A stretch of DNA of 55,655 nt from a virus. Lineage: Duplodnaviria; Caudoviricetes. The notes under the pieces were generated by a model. The model did not search any database. It saw only the letters and a list, made by a program, of their open reading frames with translations, and was not told the DNA's origin. Each line of letters begins with the position of its first letter. Positions within the stretch are counted from its first letter, which is position 1. Below, in pieces: positions 1-8,437 of the stretch. Both the position numbers and the translations under genes were made by a program. Location: the IMG/VR virus record IMGVR_UViG_3300002913_000001, positions 1 to 55,655 of that record; one strand, 5' to 3'.

Positions 1-222
1 AAGTTTCAATGCAATGGTACTGAGGTAGCTAGGATTGATGCTAATGGTTGGGTAGGAGCTGGTGGTCCATCTCTAGGTACTGATGCAATCATTAGAACTA
101 ATGGTCAGACTATCAGTGAGAATATAACAATCCCATCAACAACTAATGGTATGTCTATTGGAGATATTACTGTAGCAGATGGATATACTGTGACAGTTAA
201 CGGACGATGGGTGGTAATCTAA
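1..222 (+). CDS. 3' end of a tail-fibre protein (partial, runs off the window)
   Basis: Frame 1 is open from base 1 to TAA 220-222 (...GGPSLGTDAIIRTNGQTISENITIPSTTNGMSIGDITVADGYTVTVNGRWVVI*). The stop overlaps the next ATG (TAATG). Not in the ORF track. Confidence 0.7.
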   Translation, partial: KFQCNGTEVARIDANGWVGAGGPSLGTDAIIRTNGQTISENITIPSTTNGMSIGDITVADGYTVTVNGRWVVI

Positions 223-632
223 TGGCAAGTAATATAACGGTAGACACTCTAACAAAGGGTAGTACAACACTAAACACTGATGAGATTGTAGATACTAGTA
301 GTAATCAGATTTGTAAGGCTTGGGTTAATTTCAATGGTACTGGTACAGTGGCTATTAGGGATTCGTATAATGTAGCTTCTGTTACTGATAATGGTTCTGG
401 TGACTATACAGTTAATTTTAGCACGTCTGTGGCTAATGCGAACTTTTGCACACACGTTTCTGGGACAGGGTATAGCAACACAGACCCTACAAGACATTCA
501 GTCATAGCGGGAAGTCAAAGTAGCGGAGCCTCAGGTAAGACAGCCTCATCGTGTAGCGTAAGGAATGGAGCTACGGATGCGTCTGTTTTTCAAGATGCTG
601 CCGATATGAATGTATCTATATTCTCAAACTAA
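222..632 (+). CDS. Tail-fibre/virion accessory module, paralogue A
   Basis: Likely start is ATG 222, coupled to the upstream stop. CKAWVNFNG..IRDSYNVASVTDNGSGDYTVNF motif of marine phage tail-fibre tip modules. Confidence 0.65.
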   Translation: MASNITVDTLTKGSTTLNTDEIVDTSSNQICKAWVNFNGTGTVAIRDSYNVASVTDNGSGDYTVNFSTSVANANFCTHVSGTGYSNTDPTRHSVIAGSQSSGASGKTASSCSVRNGATDASVFQDAADMNVSIFSN

Positions 633-648
633 CAAGGAACAATTATGA
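619..648 (+). repeat. 30-bp direct repeat, copy 1 (TATTCTCAAACTAACAAGGAACAATTATGA)
   Basis: Exact match to 1229-1258. Spans a gene end, RBS and the next start codon. Confidence 0.95.
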
Positions 649-857
649 GTAACGAAAGAATTTTAATAACAGAAGATAACGGCAACTCAATCGGAGTAAT
701 CGTACCAGCACCTAACGTAACAGCAGAGTTTTGTATCAAGGACGTACCAGTTGGTGCTAAGTACAAGATTGTAGCGACTGATGATGTACCCTCAGACAGA
801 ACCTTTAGAAATGGATGGGAATCAGATACTACTGGTTGGGCGGTGAAGAATGGCTAG
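645..857 (+). CDS. Small tail-fibre-associated protein (possible chaperone)
   Basis: RBS AAGGA; KDVP..YKIV..DDVPSDRTFRNGW motif typical of proteins next to tail fibres. Confidence 0.55.
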   Translation: MSNERILITEDNGNSIGVIVPAPNVTAEFCIKDVPVGAKYKIVATDDVPSDRTFRNGWESDTTGWAVKNG

Positions 858-1242
858 TGCAGTAGTTAGTGATAACTTTGAAACCTCTAGTGGAGGTGTA
901 CCTAATCTAGGTGGTACTGGTGCTACTACTTGTAAGGCTTGGGTGAACTATAACTCAATAGCAAATACAATCAGAGATTCATATAATGTATCTAGTATTA
1001 CCGATAATGGTGCTGGCGATTGGACTGTTAATTTTACTAACGCTATGGGAAACGCTAATTATAGTGTTACTAAATCGGGATATTCTAGTACAACGGGTAC
1101 TACTAATTATGGATGGGACAACTGGTTAAATAGTACAAATAACTCTTTATCAACAACATCAGTAAGACTTGTTTCTGGTTATCCTGCATCATCAAGTACA
1201 GCAGATATGGAATATAACTTCATACAAGTATTCTCAAACTAA
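850..1242 (+). CDS. Tail-fibre/virion accessory module, paralogue B
   Basis: Shares CKAWVN..IRDSYNVSSITDNG.GD.TVNF..FSN with 222-632. Confidence 0.65.
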   Translation: MASAVVSDNFETSSGGVPNLGGTGATTCKAWVNYNSIANTIRDSYNVSSITDNGAGDWTVNFTNAMGNANYSVTKSGYSSTTGTTNYGWDNWLNSTNNSLSTTSVRLVSGYPASSSTADMEYNFIQVFSN

Positions 1243-1258
1243 CAAGGAACAATTATGA
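1229..1258 (+). repeat. 30-bp direct repeat, copy 2
   Basis: Exact match to 619-648. Confidence 0.95.
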
Positions 1259-1506
1259 TTACAATAAATCAAAACAAGGCAACAGAAATAACCAAGGATG
1301 CAATCAGAGCATACCGTAAGCCACTACTAGAAGCACTAGATGTAGATTACACTAGAGCAACTGAGACTGGTGGTGATACCTCACACATCATCGTAGCTAA
1401 GCAGACTCTTAGAGATATGACTGCTACTGCTGATGGTAAGAATGTTGATGAATTAAAGACTATCGTTGATGGTCTGTCTGCGGTAGCGGACGCTGTAGGA
1501 GCTTAG
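1255..1506 (+). CDS. Tail-fibre assembly chaperone-like protein
   Basis: IRAYRKPLLEALDVDY.RA.E...KQTLRDMT resembles phage tail assembly chaperones. Confidence 0.6.
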   Translation: MITINQNKATEITKDAIRAYRKPLLEALDVDYTRATETGGDTSHIIVAKQTLRDMTATADGKNVDELKTIVDGLSAVADAVGA

Positions 1507-1507
1507 T

Positions 1508-1948
1508 ATGCCAACAGAGATTAGAGGGTCAAGTAACTTTGACTCGGATAGTGCTGGTAAAGTGTTGCAGCAATACGTGGAAAGGGACTATACATCTATT
1601 TCTAGTGCAGCTGGTGACCACCTTCTAAAAACTTTAACTATTAATAAACTAAGTACTACTTCTACAATACAAATTGTTGCTAATGTATCCACTCTTGCTG
1701 AACACGCTGGAAGTAAACAATGGTATTTTTACAAAGGTGGAGTGAATATCGGTGAAACACGGTATAAAACTACGGGCAATGGAAGTTGGAGAATGAACAC
1801 TCCTCCAGTAGTCGGTACTTTCACTGGAACAGCAGGTTCTCATACTGTAAGCTTTAAGTGTTTACATACTGTCCATTTATACTATAACTACCTTACAGCT
1901 TATGGCAATGGTGTCACATCATACGTAATTACAGAAGTGGAGGCATAA
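1508..1948 (+). CDS. Tail-fibre tip-like virion protein
   Basis: GKVLQ...EVEA frame, Gly/Thr/Ser-rich beta content, context. Confidence 0.55.
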   Translation: MPTEIRGSSNFDSDSAGKVLQQYVERDYTSISSAAGDHLLKTLTINKLSTTSTIQIVANVSTLAEHAGSKQWYFYKGGVNIGETRYKTTGNGSWRMNTPPVVGTFTGTAGSHTVSFKCLHTVHLYYNYLTAYGNGVTSYVITEVEA

Positions 1949-1949
1949 T

Positions 1950-2243
1950 ATGCTAGGAACATTTAAATCAAAAGCAATACAATCCCTAAGACCGAACACT
2001 GATTGGGTACTAAGAGACGATGAACTAGAGTGGCTAGACACTACTCAAACTCAACCTACAGACGCAGAGATTCAAGCAGAAGTAACCCGTCTACAAACTG
2101 AATACGATAGCAAACAATACGCTAGAGATAGAGCAGCAGACTACCCATCCATAGCAGACCAACTGGATACCCTATATCACAACGGTATTGATGCTTGGAA
2201 AGCTGAGGTTAAGGTTGTTAAAGATAAATACCCTAAAGGTTAA
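1950..2243 (+). CDS. Tail-fibre chaperone-like protein
   Basis: AIQSLRP..W...YARDRAADYPSIADQLD.LYH...VKDKYPK motif that usually follows such tip modules. Confidence 0.6.
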   Translation: MLGTFKSKAIQSLRPNTDWVLRDDELEWLDTTQTQPTDAEIQAEVTRLQTEYDSKQYARDRAADYPSIADQLDTLYHNGIDAWKAEVKVVKDKYPKG

Positions 2244-2245
2244 GT

Positions 2246-2614
2246 ATGAAGGAAAGAGTAGAATCGCTAGAAACACAGCTAGCGTTAATAAAATCAGACT
2301 TAGACACCCTTAAGAATAGGGATATAGATTTACCTGACTGGGTTAAGAACTCAGCAGGCGCTATCTTGCTAGCTATCTTCGCTCAGACAGTTACTACTGT
2401 ATGGTGGGCTAGTGACCTAAACTCTAGACATACAGTGATAGAAAGACAAGTGGCTAAGAATACGGTTTTTATTGAAGCTTGGCCTGCTATGCATAATGAG
2501 GTCATGATCGGATTAAAGACGCTTCAAATAGAAACCAAGCACATGAGGGGCCTTCTAGGAGAGATTAAGGATAAGCAATTCGGTCATTTCAAAGACTTGA
2601 ATAGCTTAGAATAA
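2246..2614 (+). CDS. Membrane protein with coiled coil (possible lysis/holin-type)
   Basis: One hydrophobic segment (AGAILLAIFAQTVTTVWWA) flanked by heptad-like helices. Confidence 0.35.
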   Translation: MKERVESLETQLALIKSDLDTLKNRDIDLPDWVKNSAGAILLAIFAQTVTTVWWASDLNSRHTVIERQVAKNTVFIEAWPAMHNEVMIGLKTLQIETKHMRGLLGEIKDKQFGHFKDLNSLE

Positions 2615-2763
2615 TGGACGCTATCTTATTTCAAGTATGGCCTATCGTTCTAGCAGCACTATTAGGAATAATATGGATTGTTAGGGAGATGGCTAGGATG
2701 CAAACCAGAATAGAGGTACAGCGTTCTCAGATTAAGATTTTGTTTCAGAAGATAGATAAGTGA
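2614..2763 (+). CDS. 49-aa single-TM protein (not in ORF track)
   Basis: MDAILFQVWPIVLAALLGIIWIVREMARMQTRIEVQRSQIKILFQKIDK*; start overlaps the upstream stop. Confidence 0.65.
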   Translation: MDAILFQVWPIVLAALLGIIWIVREMARMQTRIEVQRSQIKILFQKIDK

Positions 2764-2848
2764 TGCCGATAGAACAGATTGTTTTAATAGCAGACTGCTG
2801 GTTGTTCTACCCGTATTTACTGTGTAGTTAACTAAATAGGAGATTGAA

Positions 2849-2983
2849 ATGGCTAGAACAAATCAAACAGTAAGAAACTCAAAAGGTCAGTACGTTAAGT
2901 TGACGATACTGAACAAGGTTAAATATTTCTGTAACTTCTTTATGACCAAGATAGATAAGTGGGCTAAGAGTGTGGAAAAGTAG
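2849..2983 (+). CDS. 44-aa basic hypothetical protein (not in ORF track)
   Basis: RBS AGGAG; MARTNQTVRNSKGQYVKLTILNKVKYFCNFFMTKIDKWAKSVEK*. Confidence 0.6.
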   Translation: MARTNQTVRNSKGQYVKLTILNKVKYFCNFFMTKIDKWAKSVEK

Positions 2984-3338
2984 CATACTGTTAGTATTAC
3001 TTCTTCAAGGTTGTAGTTCCCTAGAGTTTAGGAACATCGCTAAGACAGGAGTAACAACAGGAGTAGCTTATGTAATTGCAGGGCCTATACCTGCTGTTGC
3101 TAACCTAGCTACATCTATGGCTTACGATGAATTGATACCTGATAGTCCTCAGATTGCTGATATAAAGACTAAAGAGCAAGCGGCGGTACATATTGCCACT
3201 GACTTAGGAATGACAGCCTTATACGCATTTATAGCATATATGGTGATAACGCTAATTGCTGTACCCTTTATCCGAAGATGGGGTTACAATGATGCTAAAG
3301 CTAAATATGGTAGGCGTAAAGATGATGAACAAGTGTAG
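2970..3338 (+). CDS. Lipoprotein with C-terminal TM helix (unimolecular-spanin-like topology)
   Basis: Lipobox LLQG-C, Ser at +2, C-terminal hydrophobic helix followed by RR/RRK. Confidence 0.5.
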   Translation: MWKSSILLVLLLQGCSSLEFRNIAKTGVTTGVAYVIAGPIPAVANLATSMAYDELIPDSPQIADIKTKEQAAVHIATDLGMTALYAFIAYMVITLIAVPFIRRWGYNDAKAKYGRRKDDEQV

Positions 3339-3522
3339 TGTGGTATTTGTAATAGGTATGGCGGTAGCGACAGCTAGTTATGCTTTCTTTGGTAATTGGG
3401 TGCAACAAGGAATGGCTATGCCACAAAAGATGTTGCAAATGCCCACCCAGATGGTTATGCCACCATCTCAAGATATGGTACAATCGCAGCAACCATGCGC
3501 TTGCGTGTGTAAAACTAATTAG
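3322..3522 (+). CDS. Small exported Met/Gln/Pro-rich protein
   Basis: Likely start 3322 or 3325; signal-peptide-like N-terminus ending ASYA-FFGNW; CxCxC tail. Confidence 0.5.
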   Translation: MMNKCSVVFVIGMAVATASYAFFGNWVQQGMAMPQKMLQMPTQMVMPPSQDMVQSQQPCACVCKTN

Positions 3523-3530
3523 GAAATGTT

Positions 3531-3590
3531 ATGCCTTGTGCTAAACCAACTAAAAAGAAGAAACCAACTAAACGTAAAACTAAATATTAA
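3531..3590 (+). CDS. 19-aa lysine-rich micropeptide (not in ORF track)
   Basis: RBS AGGA; MPCAKPTKKKKPTKRKTKY*; fills the intergenic gap. Confidence 0.5.
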   Translation: MPCAKPTKKKKPTKRKTKY

Positions 3591-3599
3591 GGACTATCT

Positions 3600-4163
3600 A
3601 TGACAACGCATACGCAGACACCACATAATCCATATAACTATGAAGCACTCACGGCACGCGTAAATCAGTTAGTTACTGATGGTATGAGTCCAAAGGATGC
3701 ACAATTAGAGGGTACACGTAATATGATGGACTGGCAGAAAGCCGGAATTGATCCTAAGCATGGTATGCAGGCATGGGAAAATGACAACACATACACAGCT
3801 GGTGATGGTAATCAAGCAGCGGCAGCGTGGCAAGCGAAGGAAGATGCTGCGTATGCAGCACAACATGAAGCTAACCTTATTAATCCTAATGGACAGTCTT
3901 TTGGTGAGTTCCTAGGACAGGAACCATTCATTGAACAAGCACGACAGGACGAGATACAAAAGATACGTAATGCACAGAATTCAGAGTTTGGTAAGTGGAT
4001 GGTACAGGATCATTTGAAAACGGTTGCTACTAAAGAGGCACAAGATAAGGAAATGGGTCGTAGGTATGGTGAGGCTATTCTCGGTAACAGAATGAATGAG
4101 TTACGTAACTTAAAGGTTGTAGATCAACCTAACACGACTAAGCCTACTTACACAGGTAGATAA
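3600..4163 (+). CDS. Hypothetical protein
   Basis: 187-aa ORF with RBS AAGGA; no recognised motif. Confidence 0.7.
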   Translation: MTTHTQTPHNPYNYEALTARVNQLVTDGMSPKDAQLEGTRNMMDWQKAGIDPKHGMQAWENDNTYTAGDGNQAAAAWQAKEDAAYAAQHEANLINPNGQSFGEFLGQEPFIEQARQDEIQKIRNAQNSEFGKWMVQDHLKTVATKEAQDKEMGRRYGEAILGNRMNELRNLKVVDQPNTTKPTYTGR

Positions 4164-4176
4164 TACGAGGTAGATT

Positions 4177-4461
4177 ATGAAGCCCTTAGCAGGAACATTC
4201 GTCACACCGGATAACTCACCTATAGCTAATGCTACTGTGAGGATGATTGCTACTAGTAACACCACTGACGGAGCTCTTAGGGGCACTATGTTTGTGTTTA
4301 ATACCACAGCAACAGGTACGTACGCAGTAAATGTATTAGCTGGTAGCTATAAGGTAGAATTCAGAAATCCAAATAAAACTAAATATATCACACTAGGCGA
4401 TGTGACCATCGCTGCCAGTGACACAACAAGCGAGCCTTTAGAAGATATAGGTATTAGCTAA
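4177..4461 (+). CDS. Stand-alone tail-fibre N-terminal (prealbumin-like) domain protein
   Basis: AGT..TPDNSPIANATV...GTY.V.V.AGSY.V; paralogous to the N-terminus of the next gene. Confidence 0.55.
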   Translation: MKPLAGTFVTPDNSPIANATVRMIATSNTTDGALRGTMFVFNTTATGTYAVNVLAGSYKVEFRNPNKTKYITLGDVTIAASDTTSEPLEDIGIS

Positions 4462-6188
4462 TGGCTGTACTAGTTGCGGGAATACTTAGGTATCCAGATA
4501 ACTCGCCTATTGTAGGTGCGTCTATAAAGTTTATAGCCAGTAAATTTATTTCTAGTGGAGTACCTATCGGTGCATCTTTAGAAATAGTTACAGACAGTAT
4601 AGGTGCGTACTCTCAGCAGATTCTAGAGGGTAGCTATCATGTATTCTATAAACAAGCAGGTAACGAGTTATACACCCACGTAACAGATGCTCACCTATAC
4701 GATGGTATGGGGGGTGTTGCACTAGGTGCACCTATTACTCTAACAGCAATAGTTGGTACAGTTATTGGAGCAACTCCTACGTATGCAGGGTGTGCTACAG
4801 TACCTGCTCCCACCGCTTTTACTGCTATCGGCGGATTCACTACTGTAATACTGTCTTGGGAAGGTACTAACTATACTTGTCATGACGTTACAGAAATATG
4901 GGTGAGTGCTACTGATGTATTTTCAAGTAAAGTACTACTTGGTACCACTGAGGCTAAGGTGTACAGTCACAGTATAGGTGATGATGGTATTAGGTATTAC
5001 TGGCTTAGATTTAGAAACCTAAATAAGGACACAGGTAATTGGTTTAGCACTACAGCTGTGACGGGAAGAACATCACAAGATCCGGGTAAGGTATTAGCTA
5101 ATCTGCAAGCAGATGTCTATGCCTCTGCATTATTTGCAGCACTACGTAACAACTATAGTTCTACCTTTGCACAAGATACAGCACCAACCACTAGAGCAAA
5201 TGGTGATGCATTACTCAGCGGGGATGAGTGGATAGACACTAACGATTCTAATCAAAGATATGTGTGGGACACAACATTAGTTCCTCCAGCTTGGGCGATA
5301 AAGGTAAGTAAAGAGGTTACAGCAATCCTTACAGATGTATCCCACGTACAGACGGTTGCTTCTGACGGTTCTAGAGGGTACTTTCAACCGACACAACCTT
5401 TAGCTACACAATCTAGGTTTAATGATATCTGGATTGATACGTCTCAGACTACACCTCTAACTATTACAGCTATCTATAGGTATGAGGATGCCTCTTCAGG
5501 AAGTACTGGTACACTTAGCTGGAGGAGTGCGCCTAGTAACGCTGTGGGTAAGTCTTATGTAGAAGCCTATAACACTAAAGCCATAGTAAATGCTCAAACA
5601 GTAACTTTACAAGAGCACTTTACTACGCTTAATGCTTTAGAGGGGCAGTATTCACTACGTATTAATGCTAATGGAACTATAGCAGGATTCGGATTATCAG
5701 CAGGCACAGAAGGGTGTCTAGTTAATGGTATATTAGATACTAGCCTAAATGAAGCTAGCTGTACAGGTACAGGTAAAGTATGGGTGCCTGCAAGCAGTTC
5801 TTTCGTAGTCAATGCAAGTACTTTTGCAGTAACTGGTTCGAATGCAGCAGGCAGTACAATACCTTTTGTTGTAGATACTGTAACAGGAGAGGTGGGTATA
5901 CAAGGCTCATTAATTGTAGATGGATCTATCACAGCTGATCAAATTGCAGCTGGAACTATCACAGGTGATCTGATAGCAGGTACTACCATTACAGGTGCAC
6001 ATATTAATGCAGGAACTATAACATCAGGGCACATAACAACTGGTGGATTATCAGCAGATAGCATAAACACTAGCTCTTTGTCTGCCATCGTAGCTAATTT
6101 AGGTACAGTTAACGCAGGCAAAATGCAATCTACAGATGGAAAGTTTGTGATAGACTTAGACAATAAATTTATAAAGATCGAGGTGTAG
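4461..6188 (+). CDS. Tail fibre resembling the C-terminal half of siphophage tip protein J (FN3 + DUF1983-like)
   Basis: FN3-like ILSW..TEIWVS..RYYWLRF; LEGQYSLRINANGTIAGFGL..SSFVVNASTFAV..IPFVV..DGSITADQI; GTIT repeats; LSAIVANLGTVNAG ending. Confidence 0.7.
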   Translation: MAVLVAGILRYPDNSPIVGASIKFIASKFISSGVPIGASLEIVTDSIGAYSQQILEGSYHVFYKQAGNELYTHVTDAHLYDGMGGVALGAPITLTAIVGTVIGATPTYAGCATVPAPTAFTAIGGFTTVILSWEGTNYTCHDVTEIWVSATDVFSSKVLLGTTEAKVYSHSIGDDGIRYYWLRFRNLNKDTGNWFSTTAVTGRTSQDPGKVLANLQADVYASALFAALRNNYSSTFAQDTAPTTRANGDALLSGDEWIDTNDSNQRYVWDTTLVPPAWAIKVSKEVTAILTDVSHVQTVASDGSRGYFQPTQPLATQSRFNDIWIDTSQTTPLTITAIYRYEDASSGSTGTLSWRSAPSNAVGKSYVEAYNTKAIVNAQTVTLQEHFTTLNALEGQYSLRINANGTIAGFGLSAGTEGCLVNGILDTSLNEASCTGTGKVWVPASSSFVVNASTFAVTGSNAAGSTIPFVVDTVTGEVGIQGSLIVDGSITADQIAAGTITGDLIAGTTITGAHINAGTITSGHITTGGLSADSINTSSLSAIVANLGTVNAGKMQSTDGKFVIDLDNKFIKIEV

Positions 6189-6189
6189 T

Positions 6190-6876
6190 ATGTTTGGACA
6201 TCAGTTACCACAGAATATTTATGATAAATTAAGAAAGCAGCCAAGGCTGTACATGACACAAGATAACGGGCGTCCCCGTGTGTCTGTGGAGATGGTCCCT
6301 GAGACATGCGCTGTAATAATACACAAAGACGACTCTGAAGTTAGAAACATAACTGAAGCAGAAAGATTGGAGATGAATAGTCTACAATTACCTTTTGTGT
6401 TTATTGGATCTAACAAAGACATATCAGAGGCTTTCCTACCTGATCGTTTTACAGAGAATCATAGTTATATAAATCGTCCTTTTTTACATGGGATATTTGA
6501 TTGTTACTCTCTAGTTAGAGACTTCTACTTACGTGAATGGGGGTTGTGGTTACCTGCGAATATCCAGCGTACTTTCGGTTGGTGGGATGAAGGCGAAAAC
6601 TTATACGTAGATGGCGCACCTCAATATGGGTTTGAACCTGTAACTGACCTAAAAAGGCATGATCTACTGGTTATGAAGTTTGGCCCAGTACCTAATCATG
6701 GTGCGATATACTTAGGTGACAATAAAGTAATGCACCACATTGGTGGTAGGTTCTCTTGTGTAGAAGATTTAGGTAGAAAGTACAAGCAGTCTATAGCAAT
6801 CATTTACAGGAATAGATTCGTTGAGGAGCAGTTAACTTTGGGTAGTGATCATTCAATAGAGGGTGAAAATGCCTAA
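6190..6876 (+). CDS. NlpC/P60 cysteine peptidase, lambda tail protein K-like
   Basis: RPFLHGIFDCYSLVRDFY (catalytic Cys) and PNHGAIYLGDNKVMHH (His); degenerate JAB-like N-terminus. Confidence 0.8.
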   Translation: MFGHQLPQNIYDKLRKQPRLYMTQDNGRPRVSVEMVPETCAVIIHKDDSEVRNITEAERLEMNSLQLPFVFIGSNKDISEAFLPDRFTENHSYINRPFLHGIFDCYSLVRDFYLREWGLWLPANIQRTFGWWDEGENLYVDGAPQYGFEPVTDLKRHDLLVMKFGPVPNHGAIYLGDNKVMHHIGGRFSCVEDLGRKYKQSIAIIYRNRFVEEQLTLGSDHSIEGENA

Positions 6877-7372
6877 ACGGCTATTCGCGGGAGTTATACC
6901 TGACACTACTATCGCTGCCGCAACTATCTACGATGGGCCGGATGACGCACCCATTGCTGACCCACTTAATTATATTAACCGTGTGTACTTCGATACACGT
7001 TTTGACTATATGCATGTAGTTAAGACTATACAGGTTAGTAAAGATTTTGTGAAAGAAGATGTCACTCAGAGTTGTGGTAAAAAAGGTAAAAACTGTGCAG
7101 ACATACCTAGACAAGGTACTCGGGATTATAACTTGGGCGCACATGGACAAACGTATAAACCCGCTGTATTATTGTACGATACGGGGAGTAACAAGGCCAT
7201 AACAGGAACTACTTTTATGCAGATCGTTTCTAATAATTCATTCCGAGTGTGTAGTGTACGTGTAGACTCTAGTAACATATATTTGAAAGAAAAGTGGTTT
7301 GTAAGATCAAATGATCTTACAGCCATCTCTAAAAATTTCAAGATAGATATTTTAAACAAACCAGCAGACTAA
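6863..7372 (+). CDS. Putative virion/tail protein
   Basis: DPL..INRVYFDTRFDY motif, beta-rich; start may be ATG 6869. Confidence 0.45.
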   Translation: MKMPKRLFAGVIPDTTIAAATIYDGPDDAPIADPLNYINRVYFDTRFDYMHVVKTIQVSKDFVKEDVTQSCGKKGKNCADIPRQGTRDYNLGAHGQTYKPAVLLYDTGSNKAITGTTFMQIVSNNSFRVCSVRVDSSNIYLKEKWFVRSNDLTAISKNFKIDILNKPAD

Positions 7373-7614
7373 TGCCTTTACGAATATTTGAAGCCCGCCC
7401 TGAACGAGTACAGATTGGAAATGCTACAGGAGCACAGTTTGATACAGAAGTGCCTTACATGAGGCGCTCTTCAAGCTCTACGATTAAGTACCCGTTAAAC
7501 AATACTCTTGCGACAGCTGGGGATAGGCTAACCTACCGGTTTGATGGAGATGTTTATCATATTAACGCTGTTATTAGTTTTACTGTAAATGTAGCCACGA
7601 TATCTACTAGCTAA
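7372..7614 (+). CDS. Hypothetical small tail-region protein
   Basis: Coupled to neighbours by TAATG overlaps. Confidence 0.55.
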   Translation: MPLRIFEARPERVQIGNATGAQFDTEVPYMRRSSSSTIKYPLNNTLATAGDRLTYRFDGDVYHINAVISFTVNVATISTS

Positions 7615-8213
7615 TGGGCTTACTTCTACAAAACAATTCTATTGTTCTAAGTGATGCGTCAGGTACTGAGAGATTCTCTACGGATAAGGAAATGCCACAT
7701 CTAATGTTGAGCGCTTCTGGTAGCCTGAGTGTTGGTAATGTTGCAGGTACTGCAGCGTATGTTGAGTATATGGGAGAATCAGACAGTCATTTTGTGTTCA
7801 CAGGTTTCACTGCATCTCAAGAGACAAGGCATACTCTAATGACACATTCTGGCATAGTTGCAGGTAGTGAATCTTTTATCACACCATTTATTACAGTAAG
7901 TTCAGGGGTATTCCAAACAGGAACAGGACAAGTAATGTCTGCTATGGGTAGTAGTATCTTAGACTTATACATACGTAATGATGGATATTTTGCAGGCTCC
8001 ACAGTTTTACACGTAGAGGTCAGTGCAGGTAAAGTAGAGTTAGTTATCAAATCTGAAGTGAGTGTATCGGGTAATTTTACGATTGTGGATCATAGTTACA
8101 CAGGCGTAATACCCACCTATGATGGAAGTTCAGGTTCGGCAACAGCTAGTGCAGGGCTGAACAATTCAGCATTTAATATAACATACAAAATTTATTACGG
8201 GAGATTCAATTGA
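7614..8213 (+). CDS. Putative virion/tail protein
   Basis: Gly/Ser/Thr-rich and beta-rich; translationally coupled. Confidence 0.45.
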   Translation: MGLLLQNNSIVLSDASGTERFSTDKEMPHLMLSASGSLSVGNVAGTAAYVEYMGESDSHFVFTGFTASQETRHTLMTHSGIVAGSESFITPFITVSSGVFQTGTGQVMSAMGSSILDLYIRNDGYFAGSTVLHVEVSAGKVELVIKSEVSVSGNFTIVDHSYTGVIPTYDGSSGSATASAGLNNSAFNITYKIYYGRFN

Positions 8214-8437
8214 GCATACAAGTATTAGGATTATCAACAGATTACACTACCAACGTTACAGAAGTTAAGATAGAAATTACAGAGAATGTGGGCAGAGTGG
8301 CACGTGTAACAGACACATTGGTTGTAACCATTGCAGGAAGACATGAGAGTATTAATGATGAGCTGATGGACGAAGTGTACGATGAGTTAGAAGCTAATGG
8401 TATAAGTCCATTCCCTGTGGATGCTTCGATAGCTTAA
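8210..8437 (+). CDS. Hypothetical acidic protein
   Basis: TTG start with RBS GGGAG; stop overlaps the next start. Confidence 0.55.
   Translation: MSIQVLGLSTDYTTNVTEVKIEITENVGRVARVTDTLVVTIAGRHESINDELMDEVYDELEANGISPFPVDASIA

Noticed and set aside
222-1242. Diversity-generating retroelement TR/VR pair
   Set aside because: Differences between the paralogues are not adenine-specific, include indels, and no reverse transcriptase is present.
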